Positions 60,375-64,000 of a stretch of DNA of 64,000 nt are shown here, in pieces. A model generated the notes under the pieces. The model was not told the DNA's origin and ran no database searches. It was given only the letters and a program-made list of their open reading frames with translations. Both the position numbers and the translations under genes were made by a program. Origin of the DNA: an uncultured Acidobacteriota bacterium (GTDB lineage Bacteria; Acidobacteriota; UBA6911); contig CAWHCF010000031.1 of NCBI GenBank assembly GCA_963827655.1, positions 128,001 through 192,000 on the forward strand, in the 5' to 3' direction. Positions within the stretch are counted from its first letter, which is position 1. Each line of letters begins with the position of its first letter.

Positions 60375-63300
60375 CTACCAGCTAAGCCTTGCTCCTACCT
60401 GAAACGCCCGGGGTCCCCCGGTGCCGAAGATTTGATTAACGCGATTCGTGGGCTGGCCGAAATCCGCTTGCTGCACTTGCCCTGGCGCGACCAGCGAATT
60501 CAGCGAGTTGGAGTAGCCCGTGAGATTGGCGGTATTGAGGAGGTTGAATCCTTCCACCAGCAGTGAGATCTTGGCGCGCTCCCGGATCCGGAAAGTACGG
60601 GTCAGCCGGAGATCGGTGGAAAAGAAGGTATCCCCTTCGGAGAACGTCTCTGGGAGATAGATGACCGGAATCACCTGGTTCTGGGGAGTCCGCTTACGAA
60701 AGGTTGCGGTCACATCGGGAGTCGGATAGGCGGCATTGTATTCGGCCACGGCTCGGCGCACCTCGTCGGGACCCGCACCTCGTCCGAAGCCGTTCCACTT
60801 CAGCCCCGGAAGGATGAAGGTGGACGTGCCGTCCCCGTCCATGTCGATCCCGATGTTGGGATTGCCGGGCGTGGAGCTACGCATGTCGGAGATGGCTGAG
60901 ATCTGCCAGCCATTCACGATATTGCGAAGCCAGCTCGCTCCAGCCGTTACCCCGGGCAGGTTCCAGATGCCGCTGAAGACCAGGCGGTGCGGAACATCCC
61001 CGCTATTGATGCCGTAGCTCTCGTCAAGGTTTTCGTAGTTGATGATCCCGTTCCAGGTGACATAGCGCGACCAGGCGTACGAGGTCGTGAACTGGAAGTC
61101 GTTCGAGAAACGCTTGTCGAGCTTGACCAGCAAGCCGCGGTAGCGGCTGTTCAACGCGGACCGATACTGCAGGATCTGGCCCGTCGAGCAGGGGAACTTC
61201 GGAATCGCTGCCTGAGCCGCAGTGCAGATGGGTATCACCGGATTTCGCACGTAGGTCACGGCGCCGGTGGTCGGATTCACCGCCTGGTCCTTGCTCGCGC
61301 GGTTGAAGCGGTTCACGTCTACCTGGTAGAACGTGTCCGCTCCGCCGAAGTGAACTCCGCGGCGCATCACGAAATCGGCCGACAGAATCAGGTTGCGAGC
61401 CACCTCGCGCTGGACGCCCGCGGTTACATGGAAGGTGTAAGAGGTTGTGAGGTCGCTGTCGAAGATTCCTTCGGCGTTGGTTCCGACTGCCTGCTTGGTG
61501 AGGTCGACACCGCGGATTGAAAGGTCCTTTCCATTGTAACCGGTGGCCGCAAACTGAGAGCGGATGGAGGGAAGCAGGTTCAGGATGTCTTTGCCGGTGG
61601 TCGTGGTGGGGACAGTGAAGTTCAGCGTCGCGGGCTGGCCCGGCTGGCCAAAGTAGGGGTTGGGGAGCCCGGAGCTGGTATTCACGTTCAGGCCGTTGCC
61701 CGCCGGTCCGATAAAGGCCCGTTCCGGAAGCCGAGTGTAATTGGTGTTGGTGGCGCTGTGATAGAGGCCTGAGCCCGCCCGGATTACGGTCTTGTTCTGC
61801 TTGTCGACGGACCAGGCGAATCCCAGCGCGGGATCGAAGTTATTGTAGTCCTGACGCGTAGGCTTCAGATTGCTGCCGAATACCGGCCGAAGGTACTCGG
61901 GCTTGTCGAGATCGTGATTGACCAGGTTGTCTTCAAACGACCACGCCAGGCCGTAGTTCAGGGTGAACCGTGAGTGCAGGCGCCAGGCGTCCTGGATGTA
62001 GAGGCGATAAAAGTTGGTCCGTGAGGCCTTGTCGAAATTATAAGCCGCCGGCGTGCGCGCATCGCCCACTCCCATGCTGATCGCCCCGCTCACCGGCAGC
62101 TTGAGGATGTCCTCGAACGTGGGGATTCCCGCCGAGGTGCTGCGCAGGGTCTCGGGCAGCGTCGCGTACAGCTCGGGGCTCTGATTGAGGACTGCAGCCG
62201 GGCTAAAGAGGTTGAAACTTCCCTGGAACGTCCGCGCCCAGCTCCCGTGGCCGTAACCGTGTTCCCAGTTTCCTCCGAAGCGGATCCGGTGCATTCCCTT
62301 CTGCCAGGTAAAATTGTCGCTCATCTGGTAAGTGCGCAGGATTCGGTGCTGCGTGACGTTAGGATCGTTCCCGAGTGTCATGCCGAAGCCGCCGATGCGC
62401 GGGCCGTTGAGGTCAAAGCAATACAGCGGCTCCGTGCACAGGGTTTCATCCGGCGGCGCCAGCTGATTGCTGTAATACAAATAGGAGTAGCGGAACTCGT
62501 TCACGGTGCGCGGCGTCAGGACGCTTGTAAGGCCCATCAGTGCCTGTGCGGCATAATTACGGCTCGCGATCCATGTGGACTCCAGATTGGCCCCGCCCGA
62601 GAGATTGTCATTGGTGTCCATCGAGAAGCGCAGGAAGCTGTTGTGCTTGTCGGTCAACTTGTAATCGGTCCGGACGTTCCACAGCTTCCCGATGAACGGC
62701 TGCTGGCCGATGTGGTTGTAGCCCGCGAACAATGGGTTGCTGAACGAGATGGCGCGCGCGCCGACCTGGTTGGTGTACTCGAAGTTCGTAAACCAGAAAA
62801 GCCTGTCTTTTCGCAACGGACCCCCGACGTCGAAACCGCTTTGCCGGCGTGCGAAGAAAGGATCCTCGAGACTGAGCGCGAACCTGCGGATCTTCGCAGC
62901 CCGGACTCACAGCACGTGGATCGCAGGGGCGCGCGAATCCGGGAAACGCGGCCATGTTGTGGTCGCGGAAAAAATAGAATCCGCTGCCGTGAAGGTCGTT
63001 GGAACCGGTGCGCGACACAATGTTCACTGCCCCGGTCGCAGTCCCGCCGGTCGAGAGGTCGAAGTTGAAGCTGGAGAGCTGGAATTCTTCCACGGTTTCC
63101 TGCGAAAAGTTCTGGGCTGTTCCTCCCGTGACGCGATCGAGCACTGAAGCTCCGTCGACCGAGATACGGGTCATAGCCTGTGGCGCTCCCGCGATCGAAA
63201 CTCGGAAATAGTTGTTGGGCCCGCCGGGACCGGAGTTGGGGGTGTATTCGACCGCGACGCCGGGTTCGAGCGCGGCGAGCGAGAGGAAGCTGCGGCCGTT

Positions 63301-63750
63301 CAGCGGCAGGTTCTCGATCTGCTCCCGCGTGACCACGCCATCGATCTTGTACTCGGTGAGGTTGACCTGTGCGGTGCTGCTCGCAACCTGAATGATCTCA
63401 GTCGCGACTCCCACCTTCAGGTTGAAGTCGGCGTTCGAGTGAGATCCGGTCAGGACTGTAACCTCCTGGACCTGGGTCTGAAAACTCGAGACCTCGGCTT
63501 TGACTGCGTAAGTACCGGCCGCGAGATTGGAAACCAGGTAGCTTCCGGTGTCGTCCGCAGTGACCTGCCGCGAGACCCCCGTGGATTTATTGGTCACCGT
63601 GAGGGTAACCCCGGGGATGAGGGCCCCCGACTCGTCTTGGATCGTTCCGCGGATGCCTCCAGTGGTGGTTTGAGCCCGGCCCAGGTAGGGGAAGGCGATG
63701 ATTACAGCGAGGATCGCAAAGAGACACCACTCCCTGTCACAGGATTTCAT
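60375..63750 (-). CDS. Oar-like TonB-dependent receptor; apparent +1 frameshift at ~62872
   Basis: AGGAGG RBS; 'GTIQDESGALIPG', 'IENLPLNGRSF', 'RTGSNDLHG', 'YIQDAWRL...LNYGL', C-terminal 'PRAFQVGARLSW'. Confidence 0.9.
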
Positions 63751-64000
63751 AGTCCTCCTTCGATCGGGCTGCGAGTCTTGGGGACTCCGCCCTTGCCCAC
63801 TCAAGTAAACAGTTCAGGCGCCCGCGACTGGATGGCGCGTGCGCCGCCAACGGTGCCGAAGACCGGCGCCGTCAGGCGCTCCTTGTTGACGATTGGCCAG
63901 GGATCGATGTCGGACGACAGGGTGAGACCCCTTCGAACTCACCCTTCAAGGCTCAAAGCCTTCGGCAAGAGTTAACCGGGCGCCGTTCACGTTCCTGGGA

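Noticed and set aside
1-64000. CRISPR array, tRNA/rRNA/tmRNA, prophage, integrase or transposase
   Set aside because: No regularly spaced direct repeats, T-loop signatures or mobile-element ORFs were seen by eye; the repeats found are dispersed palindromes.
63801-64000. Possible 3' end of a minus-strand gene (...DIDPWPIVNKERLTAPVFGTVGGARAIQSRAPELFT*)
   Set aside because: The frame is interrupted and the window ends, so it cannot be identified.

Overview
This 64-kb window looks like an Acidobacteriota-type chromosome. That call is inferred from the Oar-like TonB-dependent receptors, the CRTAC1/ASPIC-UnbV protein and the typical conserved hypotheticals. The first ~39 kb is core genome: an ECF sigma/anti-sigma cluster, nrdR-hsp20-lon-thiL, TPR proteins, rnc, serS, galU-purD-purE-mtaB, acpS, pgeF, rlmN, an M16 peptidase and purB. 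It continues with rpmH-rnpA-yidD-yidC-jag-mnmE-mnmG-rsmG-[2x parS]-parA-parB-bactofilin, with no adjacent dnaA, and a methylmalonyl-CoA mutase large subunit. The last ~25 kb is accessory: a serine hydrolase, a signal-peptide-bearing triple-RidA protein, an apparently secreted atypical-kinase-like protein, a stress/dormancy cluster (CBS, BON, hemerythrin, SIMPL, LigD, Ku, PRC-barrel, EEP) with three correctly spaced sigma54 -24/-12 motifs, and two TonB-dependent receptors with a Tat-exported enolase-superfamily enzyme. Several related short non-autonomous repeat families (MITE/REP-like) sit in intergenic spaces and share a terminal signature. At least nine frameshifts, two of them in yidC, can each be repaired by removing one base, which points to sequencing or assembly error rather than biology. 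I saw no tRNA, rRNA, CRISPR array, transposase or integrase. The best candidate for an undescribed system is the putative sigma54-driven stress/NHEJ locus with its secreted kinase-like protein. All calls are by eye, without database searches.
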